From Vicugna vicugna (taxonomy: Eukaryota), in assembly GCA_013265495.1 (NCBI GenBank), contig MU062841.1, forward strand, positions 16,822,337-16,886,336: 64,000 nt of DNA, in the 5' to 3' direction. The translations under genes were made by a program, and so were the position numbers. Positions 60,751 to 64,000 of the stretch are shown here, piece by piece (within the stretch, counting starts at the first letter, position 1; each line of letters starts with the position of its first letter). The notes beneath the pieces were generated by a model that was not told the DNA's origin, ran no database searches, and was given only the letters and a program-made list of their open reading frames with translations.

Positions 60751-61429
60751 GCTTCTGAAGGTTACATCCAGCAATAGCCAGCCTCTAGTGAGCCCTCCCT
60801 GGTGCCAGGCGGTGGCGTCCGTGGTTTGCATCAACTCCTCGCAGCGGCGCTGTGAGAAGAGCGCCGTTTGTAGTACCTCCACTTGACACACCGGGAGACT
60901 GAGGCACAGACAAGCCCGGGTCCCGCAGGTGGGGCTGTGCCTGACCTGGCACCTCAGGCTCCCTGCCGCACACTGCAGGACGCCGCCTCCCTCTAGCAGA
61001 CCGAGCCTGGGGAGCAGGGGAGGGAGGGGCGAGCCCCTTCCCAGGTCCGCAGCGAGCCAGAGCGAAGAAGGTGGGTCTGAGCTGCACCCGGGCAAGGACG
61101 AGGGCCTGGCCAGGCTGCCCTCGCAAGGAGTGATTACAGAGCAGGAAAGAACCCAAGTGAGACCCCAGAGCAGGGAGCACATAGGGGAGTTCAGGAAGCC
61201 CTGGGGAGGCAGGGTGACCAGCACATCGGATGCATTGTAATTGTCCACTGAAAACGAACAAATGAACCCCGGGACAGGGCGAGGCCCCACTGTGCGCCCA
61301 CGCGGGGACAGGGATCACTGGGGCGAGTAACATGGATGAGTCCACCCAGACACCACGCTGAGGGCTCTCTCCGGGAGTCCCGTTGAATCCTGCGGCTGCA
61401 ACATCTCTTTGGGCTAGCATCATTCCCAT

Positions 61430-61520
61430 TCCACCGGTGAGAAAACTGAGGCTTGGCAAGGGTGAGTAAATTACTGGTAAATAACAGTGGCTGGAATTGA
61501 ACCAGGTGGAGCGGAGGCCA
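61430..61520 (-). mobile_element. MIR SINE
   Basis: cccattccaccggtgagaaaactgaggcttgg...ggctggaattgaaccagg. Confidence 0.65.
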
Positions 61521-64000
61521 GGGGCCACATGCTTAACTGCTTTGCGACATCCTCTCTCCTGGGAGGTGGGCGGCCAGCGCAGGAGTGGGAGCCCGTGTGC
61601 ACCCCAGCAGCCCATGCTGTTTTCTGTTCCGCCAGCTACAGCTGGCCTCCCTTCCCATTCAGGGAAACCGTTCTGTATGAAAAAGATTGCAGGGCCTCCT
61701 GGGTTTACGTGAAGCCCCAGGAAGCCCAGCTTCTGGGGACACGTGAGAGGGGAAAGGGGGAAGAACACTCGTATCTGGAGGAAACAACCGAATGATTTCT
61801 GGTCCCTCAAGCTGGTGCAGCGTGAAGCCCAGGGGAGTCTGAAACAAAGGGACTCTGCAGGCCCCCCCAAAAGTCCCAGGCCCCTCCTCAGCCCCAGGCT
61901 GCTGGCCCCTCCTGGGTTAGCCCCACTTCCTCCGAGAGCTGCCGCCTCACACCCGTCCCTGGACCCTGGACCTGCTGTCCAGGCTGGCAGCGGAAGGGCC
62001 CAGCCCCCAGCCCTGACTCACCAGCCCAAAGACCCCCCCGCCAGGCTCCTTCTGACCTTACTGACCTCAAGGGCGAACAGGCAGGCTTTTCTGAGTCTTG
62101 GTTTCTCTGTCTCTGTCTTCCTTCCTGAAGAGCTGATTCGAGGTCCCTGGGGATTCTGGCTTCTCTGCATCTGGAGGGCAGCCTCCCCCAGATGGCCTTT
62201 GACCAACCCGATCCCCAGGGGAGGGGGCTACAGAAAACAGACCACCTTTGGGGGCCGATCCAGTGCCAGCACCCCTCCCCTCAGAACCACCACCAACACA
62301 CCCGTGGGCTGGGCTCTGGGGCCGTGCTGTCCAGGAGACAGCCCCTTTCGTGGCCACAGAACTGATGGGAGCACAGGGGCCCTGGCTGGGGGCCCCTGTC
62401 TGCTGCTGGGGGGGGGTAGTCAGCCCATCAGACACTCCCCCAAGAGATTAGAAGCCAGGCTCTCCCCTTGGCCTCTGGGCCACACAGAGTGCCGGGGGGT
62501 GGGGTGCACATGACTTTGCAGTTCCTGATTCTAGTTCCCCAGGAGGGGCTGAATTTTTCACCCTTGGGTTTTGTGAAACTCCTCCCCCGAGGTCATCACT
62601 TCGCCTGAGCAAACGGCTGTCTGTCCTTGGCAGCCAAGCGGCCCCGGCTGGACGCCAGGGCCCAAGGGGGCCTTCCCCGCAGGGGGCTGCTCTGAAGACC
62701 CCGCCCTGCAGGGGCTTCTTCTCCGTGCGAGGGGGCCTGTGTGGGGAGGGGTCCCTGCGCCTGCTCTGGGCTCGCTGCGTGGCGGCCCCCCTCGGACATG
62801 CTGGCATCTGGGGCTTCTGCGACCTGCCTGCCCTTGGCCCATCAGGTGGCAGAGCCTGATCGACCCTTTCCCTTGGTGGTGCAGCTCTTAAATGCGCCCC
62901 CGCACGTGGCAGTAGGCGGCAGAGAACACCTTAACTGCCTTCTGTATTTGCGCTGATAGCTACAAAGCACGTTTGTATACATTGATATAGTTTCCATAAT
63001 AATCATGGGGGGCATTATTTTTCACTTTGCGTATGGAGGAGCCACTGGAATCAGCCCCTGATCCCAGCCTGACCTGGTAGCTGCCTGCCCCACAGCACGT
63101 GCCCACACCTGAGGTCAGAGCCCAGCTGCCCACACACGTCCACACGCAGGCTTCAACCACGTGCTGCTGGATCTGCTACAGGCATTTGTCCGCTCACGGT
63201 CCACGCACGTCCTGGTTACATGTGCTTCCAGATACGTGGAGTCCTCGGCTAAGACGTGATCGTTTTCTCCCAAGATCGACGGCCCCAGTTGGACAGCTCA
63301 GCACCCTCCACCTTGTAAACCTGTCCTGTGGTTCCTTCCCCTCCCCTGGTCCCCACCTTCCGCCGTAAAGAAGGCAGCACACCTTCTGAGCTGTGTGCGC
63401 CGGGCAAGCTGCCAGCCCCCCGCAGCTAACCAGGACCACATCCTGTGTCGCTCTGCCTCTTAGTCAGGCCTCCGCAGCCCGGCTCAGGCTGCCCCCCCGC
63501 CCTCCGGTTCCCACATCCATACAGCCGAGCCACGCTGACCGGTAGCACGGGGCTCCTCTCCCGACGCCTGCTCCAGAGAAGACCTCCAGAGAGGTGCTGA
63601 CAGGGTCCCGGGAGGGCCAAGCTTTGCCAGGGTCAGTCCCAGGGCCAGGGAGGCCTGGCAGACCAGCAAAGGGTAGAGGCCCAGAGGAGCACAGACTCCC
63701 CTGGGATGGCTTGGGGGACCCTCCCTCGGACCAGCCTAGCTTCTCCCCCAGCGCACACTGAACCAGCAAACAGCAATGCCCAGAGCACCCAAGCACGCCC
63801 AGTCCCACCCTCTTCCTGCAGCTTGTCTTGGAGCTGGCCGACCTGTGTTACCCTTCCCAGATGGCGAAGGGATAACATGGCAAGTCCGGAAGCTGCCACC
63901 CCACCTGAGCTTCCAGCCCTCCCTGCACCTCTGAGGCTAAGCTTCAGTTAGCTGTCTCTTCTTTCAAGAAAGAAACCAGGGCCACGGCCAGCAGAGGGGG

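Noticed and set aside
62839-62852. CTCF-like motif ccatcaggtggcag (also gcagcaggtggtgcc near 39001)
   Set aside because: The matches are imperfect and are expected by chance in GC-rich DNA without ChIP or conservation data.
1-64000. Hundreds of 60-361 aa ORFs in the supplied track, including 60785-61870 (361 aa) and 57008-57847 (279 aa)
   Set aside because: They are rich in Pro/Gly/Ala/Arg/Ser, overlap on all frames, often start at GTG/TTG, cross recognisable repeats and show no known domain. This is expected from stop-codon scarcity in GC-rich DNA.
1-64000. Assigning a host gene from overall layout
   Set aside because: No exon of any gene I know could be matched, so a name would be a guess.

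Overview
This is GC-rich, repeat-laden mammalian genomic DNA. Three tRNA-derived SINEs of the camelid Vic-1 type point to a camel, alpaca or llama genome (inference). I recognise no protein-coding gene. The ORF track is almost all chance ORFs in GC-rich sequence, and the only recognisable peptide is a 26-residue relic of the L1 ORF1 C-terminal domain at about 31915-31988. The window reads as a long intron or intergenic stretch. Ancient repeats (MIR, L2, L1M, MLT1, MER5, MER58) alternate with repeat-free, AT-richer, motif-dense blocks that look like conserved enhancers. There is one 172-nt assembly gap. The best second-look items are: (1) a candidate alternative first coding exon just after the gap; (2) an intact 499-bp ERV1-type solo LTR with a 4-bp TSD and a perfect octamer; (3) a perfect 223-bp tandem duplication, real or an assembly artefact; (4) an internally deleted L1 fusing its 5' UTR to the ORF1 tail; (5) several microexon or recursive-splice candidates; (6) strong AT-to-GC drift in old repeats. 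I found no convincing new biological system. Repeat family names come from recalled consensus sequences and their boundaries are approximate, so RepeatMasker/Dfam confirmation is needed. The host gene could not be identified.
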